Of a stretch of DNA of 37,990 bases, positions 26,182 through 35,572 are shown in pieces. Origin of the DNA: an uncultured Spirochaetia bacterium (lineage in GTDB: Bacteria > Spirochaetota > JAHITG01 > JAFGFC01). The stretch's first letter is position 1. Every line of letters starts with the position of its first letter. A program made the position numbers and the translations under genes. The DNA is taken from positions 1 to 37,990 of the forward strand of contig CAZSCZ010000002.1 in the NCBI GenBank assembly GCA_964605455.1, written 5' to 3'. The notes beneath the pieces are model-generated. The model was not told the DNA's origin. It ran no database searches and saw nothing but the letters and a program-made list of their open reading frames with translations.

Positions 26182-26658
26182 TTAACTCAACCATTTAAAA
26201 ATCCACAGCAAAATATTTGCATAAATTCCAGCAATAATATCATCCAGCATTATTCCCCAGCCACCCTTAAGATTTTCAATTTTGGGGATTGGATAAGGCT
26301 TGATTATATCAAAAATTCTAAACATTACAAATCCCAAAATTAAAATCTTATAATCTGAAAAACAAAATTGTGAAAGATTTATATTCACATTGAACCCTGA
26401 CATTGTAACAAGCATGCCAGCAATTTCATCAATAACAACCTGTTTAGGATCTTTCTTGCCAAAATAGATTTCTGCCCAAAATGAATATTTTGCCCCCAGA
26501 AAAAATATAATAATTATAGATGGATAATAAACATAAGGGAATGGATTAAAAACAAGAAATATCAAGACCCCAACAAGTGCTCCAATTGTGCCCGGAAAAA
26601 AAGGGAAATATCCTGCAAAAAAACCAGTAACAAAAAGTTTTTTTAAAAAATTTTTCAT
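26182..26658 (-). CDS. pgpA: phosphatidylglycerophosphatase A
   Basis: FFAGYFPFFPGTIGALVG...DEIAGM...FRIFDIIKPYPI..., typical PgpA. Overlaps the pgsA stop. Confidence 0.85.
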   Translation of the reverse strand: MKNFLKKLFVTGFFAGYFPFFPGTIGALVGVLIFLVFNPFPYVYYPSIIIIFFLGAKYSFWAEIYFGKKDPKQVVIDEIAGMLVTMSGFNVNINLSQFCFSDYKILILGFVMFRIFDIIKPYPIPKIENLKGGWGIMLDDIIAGIYANILLWIFKWLS

Positions 26659-27302
26659 TTAATAAATTTTCTATTTACAATTATATATACAATTCCAGAA
26701 TAGAATGTAACAAATAGAACAATAATTAAAAGAATAAGAGGTAAATAATTTAAAAAAATTCCAGGAATTTTTCCTGCTATATTTTGCCAGAAAAATTTAT
26801 TATTTTCTACATAAACAATGCGATATTCTAAAAGGAATGTTCTAATACACATTAATACTAATGTTGTAATAATAGCTATCATTTGAGTAACTGTTTTCAA
26901 TTTTCCCAGGAAAGATGTTTTAACTTCACTACCTTTGGTAATTGCAAAAATTCTCAACAAGGTAATTCCTATTTCTCTAAGCAAAATTATCAAAACAAGC
27001 CAAAAGGGGATATTATTTTCTGGTTTAAAAGAAAAACAGAAAAATGCGGTAAGCACAAGTAATTTATCAGCCAATGGGTCAAGGAATCTACCAAGTTTTG
27101 TTTCCCACCTGTATTTTCGTGCAATCTTTCCATCAATGTAATCTGTAATAGATGCAATAATAAAAACTATAAGTGACAAAAATTGATATAAAAATTCTTT
27201 TTGAAATAAGAAAAATACAAACAACGGGATAAGTGCGACTCTGAAGATGGTAAGAATATTTGGTAAGTAATTAAACTTTTTCAGCTTTAAGGTCATAGTC
27301 AA
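26655..27302 (-). CDS. pgsA: CDP-diacylglycerol--glycerol-3-phosphate 3-phosphatidyltransferase
   Basis: CDP-alcohol phosphatidyltransferase motif DYIDGKIARKYRWETKLGRFLDPLADK. The start could be 27302 or 27296; either overlaps the rimO 3' end. Confidence 0.85.
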   Translation of the reverse strand: MTMTLKLKKFNYLPNILTIFRVALIPLFVFFLFQKEFLYQFLSLIVFIIASITDYIDGKIARKYRWETKLGRFLDPLADKLLVLTAFFCFSFKPENNIPFWLVLIILLREIGITLLRIFAITKGSEVKTSFLGKLKTVTQMIAIITTLVLMCIRTFLLEYRIVYVENNKFFWQNIAGKIPGIFLNYLPLILLIIVLFVTFYSGIVYIIVNRKFIK

Positions 27303-28551
27303 AATTCTCAGTAATTTTTACTTTTAATACATCTCCTACTTTTATGTTGTTACAGGAATTTATTAAAATATTTCCATCAATTTCAGGTGCTTCAAATTGA
27401 CTTCTTGTAAAAGCTATATTCTCTTCCGACAAAACTTCGTCAACCACTACATCCTGAATTTTACCTTTTCTTGTTTCAAGCCATTCAGAGGTAATCTCTT
27501 TTTGAACTTCTATAGCTTCTTCCAACCTTTTTGACATTTCTGAATCCTTTAATTTGCAGGGCAGCTTATATGCAGATGTATTTTCTTCATCTGAATATTT
27601 ATAAAAACCAACCCAGTTAAATTTTACTTTCTTTAAAAAATCTATTATCATTTTAAAATCCTTTTTTGTTTCACCAGGAAATCCAATAATAAATGTGCTT
27701 CTAAGAACTATATCAGGAATTTCATTACGAATTTTATCAATAATTTTAAAATAAAAATTTTTATCAGATGGTCTTTTCATTTTTGAAAGTATTGACGGGC
27801 TTATATGTTGAATAGGCATCTCTATATATTTACAAAATTTTGGGGAATCTTTTATAAATTTAATAACGGATAGTAATTTTTTTTCAGGATAAAGATAAAG
27901 CAATCTTACGCGATAGATTTGGTCAAGTTTTTCAATATCTTCAAGCAAATCAACAATATTTTCGTTATTATCAGTTCCAAAATTTAAAACATCATGAGCT
28001 ACCAAAACAATCTCCTTAAATCCCATCTCAGAAAGATATTTTATTTCCTGAATAATAGATTTTTTACTTCTACTTATAAAATTGCCCCTTATAGAAGGAA
28101 TTGCGCAATAACTGCACCGCCGACTACAGCCCTCAGCAATTTTTACATAAGCATAAGACTTAGGAGTTAAAATTATTCTTTCATAAAAATTCATCTGTTT
28201 TATATTTGTATGTCCAATAAAATAATTAAATGCTTCTTTAACTGTAAAAAAATTTTTAATCTCAGGAATAGAACGTTTTAAGATTTCCTTGTATCTTGTG
28301 ACAAGACACCCTAATACATATATCTCTCTATTATTAAAATTTGTATATTCCAAAATAGTATCAATAGATTCTTCTTTTGCTGGCTCAATAAATCCACAGG
28401 TATTTATTAATATAATATCAGCATTTTGTGGTGAATCAGCAGTAATATAATTATTCTTTTTAATAAAGCTATGCAAAATCAATTCAGAATCAACAAGATT
28501 TTTAGGACATCCTAATGATTCAATATAGACTTTTTTTCTTGGAGATTCCAT
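27271..28551 (-). CDS. rimO: ribosomal protein S12 methylthiotransferase
   Basis: UPF0004 N-domain VYIESLGCPKNLVDSE, radical SAM EGCSRRCSYCAIP, C-terminal TRAM domain. Confidence 0.85.
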   Translation of the reverse strand: MESPRKKVYIESLGCPKNLVDSELILHSFIKKNNYITADSPQNADIILINTCGFIEPAKEESIDTILEYTNFNNREIYVLGCLVTRYKEILKRSIPEIKNFFTVKEAFNYFIGHTNIKQMNFYERIILTPKSYAYVKIAEGCSRRCSYCAIPSIRGNFISRSKKSIIQEIKYLSEMGFKEIVLVAHDVLNFGTDNNENIVDLLEDIEKLDQIYRVRLLYLYPEKKLLSVIKFIKDSPKFCKYIEMPIQHISPSILSKMKRPSDKNFYFKIIDKIRNEIPDIVLRSTFIIGFPGETKKDFKMIIDFLKKVKFNWVGFYKYSDEENTSAYKLPCKLKDSEMSKRLEEAIEVQKEITSEWLETRKGKIQDVVVDEVLSEENIAFTRSQFEAPEIDGNILINSCNNIKVGDVLKVKITENFDYDLKAEKV

Positions 28552-28612
28552 AATAAATTACTCATCTATTACGATATAAGCCATTTTTCAAAGGCTCATT
28601 TAGCAGCGATTT

Positions 28613-29962
28613 TTATTGCCAATCTTTTATTATTAAGTTATAAATACTATCATCGTATGGATCTTTTTCCCATTTTATCACTTTATTGGCAATTTCCCCT
28701 CTTCTCCCTAATTTCTGTATCTTACCATTTATTTTTGCAATAATACCACCAGCATTTCCTATTTTAAGTTGCATTACATCTTTAGCTTCAAAATATACCT
28801 TATCTTTGGGATAATAAATTTTTCCTTCTTGTTCTTTCCCATCAAGAAAAGCTTTTATATATGTTCTTTCACGGACAATAGCTTCAAATACTATCTTTCG
28901 CTTCTCTGGTGGAATAATCGCTTTGTTTTCTTTTTCCTCTTTTTTGGCATTATTATTGGTTACACTCGCCTGAACATTTGTCTGATTTGTATTTGTTGTC
29001 ATTGCTACAATAAAAGGATGCAATTTTTTTATAGATGCATTAAATAAATCTTTATTAATAGAATTTATTTTAACATTAATATCCTTTACACCATCAAGGT
29101 CAAAGTCAAAGCTTTGCTCTTCACCCGGAATTATTTGTAAAATAATATCATCAAAATGAAACGCTATATTTTGTTGTTCTACCTGCTGATTTGTGGCTTC
29201 TTTTGTTATATCCATTGCAGGTGTTAATTGTTCAAACATAATTGTATGAAATTTATCACCAAGTTTAATTTTGTAATATTCTGATGCAGCAAAATCATAT
29301 TTCAATACATCTCCATCAAATTCTAAATACTTAATTTCTGAAAGTTCTGTATAAATCGCCTGTTTTTCTGAAGTTGTTATTTTAATAATAATATTTCTAA
29401 TTAAATAACCTAAAAGAAAAATAATAACCAGGACAAATACACTTGTAATTATTACAATAGGATTTACAAATTTCTTACCTTTTAGAGGCACAGGAGTTAT
29501 AGGTTCTATTTCTGCTTCAGATTCTTTTTTTATCTTCTTTCTTCGCAATTTAGGTGTAGGTAATTCCTTTTCATTTATTTCCATAATTTCAACAGGTTCA
29601 CTTTCTAACTTTTTACGTGTTCTGCGACGAGGTTTTAAAACTTCCTGTGGTTTTGATACTGCTGAAATTTTTGCTTCTTTCCCTTCCTCTTCGTAAAAAG
29701 AGGGTTGGGCCTTTTCAATTATAGGTGATTGAACCTTCATTGATTTATAAAGACTCACTATTTCTAATGGATCTAATCCCAACGCCCTTGCATAATTACG
29801 AATAAATCCAACAATATAAGTTTCACCAGGAAAAATCGTATAATCATCTGCTTCTATTGCTTTCAAATACTTAATTCCAATTTTTGTTTCCTCTGATATA
29901 TTGTTTAAACTTAACTTTCTTTTCTCACGCTCTTTTTTTAAAATTGTTCCTACTGATGTCAT
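28613..29962 (-). CDS. rodZ: RodZ-like cytoskeleton protein (HTH + TM + DUF4115-like C-terminus)
   Basis: Preferred start is ATG 29962 (AAGGAG plus 7 nt). HTH region GTILKKEREKRKLSLNNISEETKIGIKYLKAIE, then FIRNYARALGLDP. Charged linker, one TM helix, C-terminal ...LKIGNAGGIIAKINGK.... Confidence 0.7.
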   Translation of the reverse strand: MTSVGTILKKEREKRKLSLNNISEETKIGIKYLKAIEADDYTIFPGETYIVGFIRNYARALGLDPLEIVSLYKSMKVQSPIIEKAQPSFYEEEGKEAKISAVSKPQEVLKPRRRTRKKLESEPVEIMEINEKELPTPKLRRKKIKKESEAEIEPITPVPLKGKKFVNPIVIITSVFVLVIIFLLGYLIRNIIIKITTSEKQAIYTELSEIKYLEFDGDVLKYDFAASEYYKIKLGDKFHTIMFEQLTPAMDITKEATNQQVEQQNIAFHFDDIILQIIPGEEQSFDFDLDGVKDINVKINSINKDLFNASIKKLHPFIVAMTTNTNQTNVQASVTNNNAKKEEKENKAIIPPEKRKIVFEAIVRERTYIKAFLDGKEQEGKIYYPKDKVYFEAKDVMQLKIGNAGGIIAKINGKIQKLGRRGEIANKVIKWEKDPYDDSIYNLIIKDWQ

Positions 29963-29966
29963 AGCT

Positions 29967-30665
29967 TTACTCCTTTCCACTATCAAACAATAAAGGATTT
30001 ATAATACTCTGTGTATTTATAGGTAAATTAAATTCAAATTCATGTTCTGTTAATTTTGTGTTTATTCTTATCCTGCTAAAACTTATAGTAATTATATTTT
30101 CATTTATTGTTTCAGCTTCAGCTTTCACTATTATCCAATATTGGGAAACCCACAATTTTATTTTCTTAAATTCAGAAAGACTTTCACGAGGCTCAAGAAG
30201 GAGCACATAGAATGGAGTATCTCCAATTATTATTGGTTTATTACTTTCAGCAAATGAAAAATTATATTTTGAACGCAAGTAATAAAGTGAAGTCTTACCA
30301 CTTATAAAGAATGTAGAACGATACTGTGTCCTGAGCCTCTGTTCTCCAACAACATTAAGTTCAGGAATATAAATTTTTAACACTTTGCCATCAGAAAATA
30401 TTATTTGGTCTTCTGGTTTTTTAAATATCATTATAAAGGTATCAGGTTTTTTATACTTTATCTCTCCATAAGATTTTTTTTCTTGTCCTTCAATAATTGT
30501 TTTTATATAAAATCTTGCAACAAATGTATTTATTTTCTCAAATTTATTCACCATATTATTTACAATTTCCTGGACAGTAGTAATTTTTGGTAGAGATGGC
30601 TTTTCAGCACTATATAAAAATGAGTAAAACAAAAAAATAAATAATATAAAAATTATCTTTTTCAT
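29967..30665 (-). CDS. lolA: LolA-like outer-membrane lipoprotein carrier protein
   Basis: Signal peptide. ...FVARFYIKTIIEGQEKKSYGEIKYKKPDTFIMIF..., a pattern typical of LolA. 4-nt overlap with the ftsK stop. Confidence 0.6.
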   Translation of the reverse strand: MKKIIFILFIFLFYSFLYSAEKPSLPKITTVQEIVNNMVNKFEKINTFVARFYIKTIIEGQEKKSYGEIKYKKPDTFIMIFKKPEDQIIFSDGKVLKIYIPELNVVGEQRLRTQYRSTFFISGKTSLYYLRSKYNFSFAESNKPIIIGDTPFYVLLLEPRESLSEFKKIKLWVSQYWIIVKAEAETINENIITISFSRIRINTKLTEHEFEFNLPINTQSIINPLLFDSGKE

Positions 30666-32869
30666 AGTTTCTCTATATAAACTTCTCTTGGTTTACTTCC
30701 AATTTGAGGGCCTATGAGCCCATCTCTTTCCATTTGGTCTATAATGCGTGCTGCACGATTAAATCCTATTTTCAATCTTCTCTGTAAATATGATGCCGAT
30801 GCTTTCTTAGTCTCTTTTACAATTTCTTTAGCCTTTTCATAAAGCACATCATGCCCTTCTGGCTCTGAAATCATATTTTCTCTTGATTCAATTTCTTTAA
30901 CAATTTCCAAAAGATTAATATACTCAATTGTTTCTGTATTTTCAACAATAAAGTTAATAATTTTTTCAATTTCTTCTTCAGAAATAAATGCACCTTGAAT
31001 TCTTATAAGTCCTGGACGTCCTCCAAATGAAAGCAACATATCCCCTTTGCCAAGTAGTTTCTCAGCACCAACTGTATCTATTATTGTTCTTGAATCAACT
31101 CGTGATGCCACCTGAAATGCTATTCTACTGGAGAAATTTGCTTTTATTATACCTGTTATAACATCAACCGATGGTCGCTGAGTTGCAAGCACAAGATGAA
31201 TACCTACTGCTCTCGCTTTCTGTGCAAGCCTTACAATTAAATCTTCTATCTCGCGTGCCACCATCATCATTAAATCAGCAAATTCATCTATTATTACCAC
31301 AATATATGGTAGAACCTCTATCCTTTCATCTCTTTTTCGCTTTCTCAATGCTTTCTCATTATATTTATCTATCTCCCTTACTCCAAACTCGTCAAGCAGA
31401 TAATACCTCCTTTCCATCTCCTCAACAAGATATTTTAATACTAATACAGCATCTTTGGGATTTGTTATTACTTCAGTTAATAAATGAGGAATGCCATTAT
31501 AAACTTTAAGTTCAACCATTTTCGGATCAATCATTATAAATCTTAATTCAGCAGGTGTTACATTATAAAGGAATGTACATATAATGCTATGTAAACAAAC
31601 ACTTTTTCCTGACCCCGTGGCACCTGCTATTAGAAGATGAGGACAATCTTTTAAATTTACTTTAATAGGATTACCGGCAATATCTTTTCCAAGTGCAATT
31701 TCAATAAGCTTATAATGTTTTCTAAATTCTGGCAAACTCAAAATATCACCAAGTGTAACAGTTGCTCTTATTTGATTTGGGATTTCTACACCAACAGCTG
31801 CTTTACCTGGAATAGGAGCAACTATTCTTACACGTTGGGCAGCAAGTGAAAGTGCAATATTATCCGCAAGCCCTACAATCTTGCTTACTTTTACACCAGC
31901 AGCAGGTTGAATCTCATACCGTGTAATTACAGGACCACGAAATATATTTACTACTTTTGCAAATATCCCAAATTCCTTTAATGTTGTCTCTAACCGCCGT
32001 GCTGTTTCATAAGTATTTTTTTCTATTGCTTTTATATCAAATGGCTCTGATTTTTTCAAAAACCCTATCGGTGGAAATGTATATTTAACTGCTCCAGAAA
32101 TCCTTCTCTCTTTTCTTACAATTGACTTATCTTTCAATAATATTATACCCTTTTGAGATTCTGGCTTAACTTTGATTTTCTTTCCTGTTCCTGTTGACTC
32201 TTTTGGTTCCTCTTCACCAATAGTTACTTTTACTATAAGTGGTGGCTTTTCATTACCATCTGTAGCAATAACCTTTGGTTTAAATAAAGTAATAAAAAAT
32301 TCTTTTATTTTTCTACAGCCTTTTAAAATATCTCTGAAAAATGTAATAATGTTCCTTAAAGAAAAATTTGTTGTTAACATTAAAGAAAAGAAAATAAAAG
32401 AGATACAAACAATATAGAGTCCTGGCAATCCAATGTAATTTTTTAAAGATACACTTAAAAAAAGTCCAACAATTCCACCATTACTAATTAAATTAAAAGG
32501 TGTGCCTTTTATCACGGATATGCTTGCTAAAGTGGAAAAAGTTAAAGTAAAAATCACCAGCCCAATAATAATAAATCCTGCATCATTTATATCTTTCTTT
32601 ATTAAAATATACCATCCAATCAGAAGTATAATAAAAGGAACTATAAAAGCGGATTTCCCAAGCCCAAGGAAAAGTAAGGACGAGAGAAATGAACCCGCAA
32701 TTCCACCCCAATTTTTGGGCGGTCGGTTAGGCGAAGTTGTGAAAAATCCTGAATCATAAGGATCAAAGCTTATTAAACTCAAAAATGTTAGTACCCCCCA
32801 CCCAATTATAAATAGTGCAATAATATCATATAATATCTTCTTCTTCTCTCTTTTATTCTTATTGCTCAT
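30662..32869 (-). CDS. ftsK: DNA translocase FtsK
   Basis: N-terminal TM helices, Walker A LLIAGATGSGKSV, Walker B VVIIDEFADL, C-terminal gamma (winged-helix) domain ...SASYLQRRLKIGFNRAARIIDQME. Confidence 0.95.
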   Translation of the reverse strand: MSNKNKREKKKILYDIIALFIIGWGVLTFLSLISFDPYDSGFFTTSPNRPPKNWGGIAGSFLSSLLFLGLGKSAFIVPFIILLIGWYILIKKDINDAGFIIIGLVIFTLTFSTLASISVIKGTPFNLISNGGIVGLFLSVSLKNYIGLPGLYIVCISFIFFSLMLTTNFSLRNIITFFRDILKGCRKIKEFFITLFKPKVIATDGNEKPPLIVKVTIGEEEPKESTGTGKKIKVKPESQKGIILLKDKSIVRKERRISGAVKYTFPPIGFLKKSEPFDIKAIEKNTYETARRLETTLKEFGIFAKVVNIFRGPVITRYEIQPAAGVKVSKIVGLADNIALSLAAQRVRIVAPIPGKAAVGVEIPNQIRATVTLGDILSLPEFRKHYKLIEIALGKDIAGNPIKVNLKDCPHLLIAGATGSGKSVCLHSIICTFLYNVTPAELRFIMIDPKMVELKVYNGIPHLLTEVITNPKDAVLVLKYLVEEMERRYYLLDEFGVREIDKYNEKALRKRKRDERIEVLPYIVVIIDEFADLMMMVAREIEDLIVRLAQKARAVGIHLVLATQRPSVDVITGIIKANFSSRIAFQVASRVDSRTIIDTVGAEKLLGKGDMLLSFGGRPGLIRIQGAFISEEEIEKIINFIVENTETIEYINLLEIVKEIESRENMISEPEGHDVLYEKAKEIVKETKKASASYLQRRLKIGFNRAARIIDQMERDGLIGPQIGSKPREVYIEKL

Positions 32870-32882
32870 AAAATGTTAAATA

Positions 32883-32911
32883 ATAATATAAATTCTATAT
32901 TTAACTGTCAA
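32883..32911 (-). promoter_or_regulatory. sigma-70-type promoter TTGACA-N17-TATTAT 13 nt upstream of the ftsK ATG
   Basis: Reverse strand: tttttgTTGACAgttaaatatagaatttaTATTATtatttaacattttATG. No SD between the -10 box and the start. Confidence 0.5.
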
Positions 32912-33003
32912 CAAAAATCTGTGTGGTTATTTAAAAAATTTAGTAATTAGAGAAAAATCATCAATTATTTATAGCTTTTGGAGCCATACAACATTTACAG
33001 CTA

Positions 33004-33065
33004 AGAGTGTTCGGTAATTTAAGTGACAAAAGGGACACCCCCCACTCACAGGATGTGAGTGGGGG
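33004..33065. repeat. two-block conserved element, copy B, with a 10-bp G+C-rich hairpin
   Basis: Block 1 AGAGTGTTCGGTAATT at 33004-33019. Block 2 hairpin CCCCCACTCA (33039-33048) / TGAGTGGGGG (33056-33065) with loop CAGGATG. Homologous to 7455-7530. Confidence 0.5.
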
Positions 33066-33126
33066 CCACACCTACAGGTGATAAGTGCGCTACTTTATCT
33101 AAAGTATAGCTTAAATAAAATAAATA

Positions 33127-33270
33127 TTGAAAATTTTTTGGAAATGTAGTAAATTATTTTATAGGGAGAGACGATAATAGGATTAGGGATATCGGACAGT
33201 ATTCCCCTCCCAATTATTGTCCAATATTCCAAGGGGGGCGCAAGCCCCCCTCTTTCTTCTCCCCCCTATA
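33127..33270 (+). promoter_or_regulatory. promoter TTGAAA-N17-TAAATT plus a ~110-nt G+C-rich three-helix leader RNA (unclassified riboswitch/attenuator or sRNA candidate)
   Basis: P1 is 33164-33170/33257-33263. P2 is 33186-33198/33218-33230. P3 is GGGGGGC-GCAA-GCCCCCC at 33233-33250. A U/C-rich tail follows, then U8 at 33296-33303. The downstream ATG is at 33392. Confidence 0.5.
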
Positions 33271-33391
33271 GTATTACTAAAAAATTTTCCTTTACTTTTT
33301 TTTATAATTCAATATATTTATTTTTTATAATTTTATATGATGCGGCTATATTGCCTTACATTTTATTAGTCTAAAATTTTAGGAGTATTTA

Positions 33392-34426
33392 ATGAAAATA
33401 CCTGTTAACATTCGTAGATTTATTATTATATTAGCTATAAGTTTTATTGTAATTGGCATTATAATTTATTTTACAGCTACCAAACAAACATTAATAGCAA
33501 TTAAAAATATAAATACAAAATTTGTTTTTTTAGCTATTTTCTTTTATTTCCTTGAATTTACTGCTGATGCTGTAAGAACAAAAATATTAATAAAAGGGAC
33601 ACAACATAAATTAGGATTATTTGAATGTTACAAGTTAGTAGCATTACAAGTTTTTTTTGATGTTATTACACCATTTAGTGTAGGTGGACAACCTTTTCAA
33701 ATATATATTTTGCATAAAAAGAAAGTTCCTGGGGGGAGTGCAACAACAGTTGTTATGACTAAACTTTTATTTGCTGCATTTTCTTTAATATTAATTGTTA
33801 TATTTGGACTGCTTTTTCATAGTGAACTTTTCGCATCTGTGCCTTTACTTGTATTATTTGTTAAAATCACAGGATTTCTTCTGCTTCTTATATTTTTTAT
33901 CTTTATCTCAGGGGTCTATAATCCTGCAATTACAACAGTAGTATTAACATTTATCTTTAAAATTTTATGGAAACTTAAGATTAGCAGACATCCTGATAAA
34001 TTTAAAAATAAAATAATGAAACATATAATACTTGCCAGAAATAGTTTTGATGGATTTGTAAGTCATAGAGTTTTATATTTTATTGCAGGATTAGTGCTTT
34101 CTTTTGTAATGATACTTTCTACTATAATGATGATAATTTCATTTATATGGGGATTTGGAATTAATCTTCCTTTAATTAGTGGGATTATCCTTACATCTTC
34201 TCTTATTTTTCTTATAACATTTATGCCAACTCCTGGTTCAAGCGGGTTAGGGGAAGGAATTTTTTATCTTCTTTATAATCAATTTGTTCCTAATCATTTA
34301 ATAGGTATATGTATATTTCTATGGAGATTCTTTACCCAATACTTTACTGCTGTATTAGGTGCTATCGTTGCTGCTAAATATTTTTCTGAATTACTTATGA
34401 ATAAAAAAATAGCTGAATCAGGATAA
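33392..34426 (+). CDS. flippase-like / LPG-synthase-TM family (UPF0104, TIGR00374-type) membrane protein
   Basis: SD AGGAG plus 7 nt. 8-9 TM helices. Family hallmark ...DAVRTKIL...FFDVITPFSVGGQPFQIYIL.... Confidence 0.65.
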   Translation: MKIPVNIRRFIIILAISFIVIGIIIYFTATKQTLIAIKNINTKFVFLAIFFYFLEFTADAVRTKILIKGTQHKLGLFECYKLVALQVFFDVITPFSVGGQPFQIYILHKKKVPGGSATTVVMTKLLFAAFSLILIVIFGLLFHSELFASVPLLVLFVKITGFLLLLIFFIFISGVYNPAITTVVLTFIFKILWKLKISRHPDKFKNKIMKHIILARNSFDGFVSHRVLYFIAGLVLSFVMILSTIMMIISFIWGFGINLPLISGIILTSSLIFLITFMPTPGSSGLGEGIFYLLYNQFVPNHLIGICIFLWRFFTQYFTAVLGAIVAAKYFSELLMNKKIAESG

Positions 34427-34430
34427 ATCT

Positions 34431-35393
34431 ATGCAACGAAAATTGATTTTAATATTTATAGACGGAATAGGAATAGGTGAAAATAATAAAAATAATCCTT
34501 TCTTTTTAGAAAAAAGCCTATATTTTTCACACTTTAAAAATGAATTTAAAAATGGAATAAAAATTTTTAAAAAAAACAATTTTATAGTATTTTCACTTAA
34601 TCCTTCATTGGATATTAATGGAATCCCTCAGAGTGCTACAGGTCAAAGCTCTATTTTTACAGGAATTAATACTGCTAAAATCTTAAATCAACACCTTACA
34701 GGCTTTCCTAATAGAGAATTAAGAAGAATAGTAATGAAAAATAATCTTTTATTAAAACTAAAACAGAGAGGTTTAAGAGTAAAATTTATAAATTCATATC
34801 CACTTTTTGCAGATGAACTTTCAAAAGGATACCTTAAAATTGATAGTTCGGGATATTTTATATTAAAGAATAAAAATAATGAATCTTTAACAAAATTTTT
34901 AAAAAAGATTTCTGTTACAACCTTACTTGCATTAAGTATAAAACAAAAGTTTTATGGACTTTCTGATTTGATAAATAAGCGAACAATTTATCACGACTTT
35001 ACAAATAATTTTCTTATTTCAAAAGGTATTAATATTCCCCAGTTTACTCCGGATATAGCAGGAGAAATTTTAGTTAAAAATTTAACTTATTATGATGTAA
35101 TCTTATACGAATATTTTCTTACAGATAAAATAGGTCATAAACCTTCAACTGATAATGCAATAACCACAGTAAAAAATCTTGATAAGTTTGTAAATAGTAT
35201 AATTAATTTAGTAAATCTTAAAAAAACAGATATTTTTATATTTAGTGACCACGGTAATTTTGAAGATTTGAGTATAAGGACTCATACAAAAAATAATGTG
35301 CCTTTTATACATATTGGAGAGAGTATAAATTTTCGTCATAAAATAAACAATATTACAGACATATATAAATATATCTTAAATCTAAAGCAATAG
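34431..35393 (+). CDS. alkaline-phosphatase-core metalloenzyme (phosphopentomutase / cofactor-independent PGM-like)
   Basis: ILIFIDGIGIG (metal Asp), PQSATGQSSIFTG (nucleophile region), DKIGH, IFSDHGN. Pattern of the PF01676-type metalloenzyme superfamily, judged from memory. Confidence 0.5.
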   Translation: MQRKLILIFIDGIGIGENNKNNPFFLEKSLYFSHFKNEFKNGIKIFKKNNFIVFSLNPSLDINGIPQSATGQSSIFTGINTAKILNQHLTGFPNRELRRIVMKNNLLLKLKQRGLRVKFINSYPLFADELSKGYLKIDSSGYFILKNKNNESLTKFLKKISVTTLLALSIKQKFYGLSDLINKRTIYHDFTNNFLISKGINIPQFTPDIAGEILVKNLTYYDVILYEYFLTDKIGHKPSTDNAITTVKNLDKFVNSIINLVNLKKTDIFIFSDHGNFEDLSIRTHTKNNVPFIHIGESINFRHKINNITDIYKYILNLKQ

Positions 35394-35508
35394 ACTTCTT
35401 CCTATGCTATCTGGTAATATACCTTATCCACTCCCAAATTTTGTGGTATATTGCAAATATATAGAACTCACAGAAATTTCACGTTTGCTCATTTTTTACT
35501 ATCAAAAT

Positions 35509-35572
35509 GTAAAAACACAACTTTAGCTGTGTTAAAATATTCATATTAACAAAGCTAAAGCCCTGTTTTTAC
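35509..35572. repeat. inverted pair of the 30-nt hairpin repeat units
   Basis: GTAAAAACACAACTTTAGCTGTGTTAAAAT at 35509-35538. Reverse complement of 35546-35572 is GTAAAAACAGGGCTTTAGCTTTGTTAA. The arms are separated by 7 nt. Confidence 0.55.

Noticed and set aside
33127-33270. Assignment of the structured leader to a known riboswitch class or to tmRNA, SRP or 6S RNA
   Set aside because: The conserved cores I can recall are absent: TPP CUGAGA/ACCUGA, glycine GGAGAG...CACCGAAGGGGCAA, c-di-GMP GCAAACC/ACGCAAAGC, ykkC GGUCCGAGAG, the SRP GGAA/AGCA loops, and the tmRNA ends. I therefore leave it unclassified rather than force a name.
33337-33369. 10-codon uORF (MMRLYCLTFY) between the structured RNA and ATG 33392, as a possible leader peptide
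   Set aside because: It has no SD, no codon pattern suggestive of attenuation, and lies in AT-rich spacer. This is likely fortuitous.
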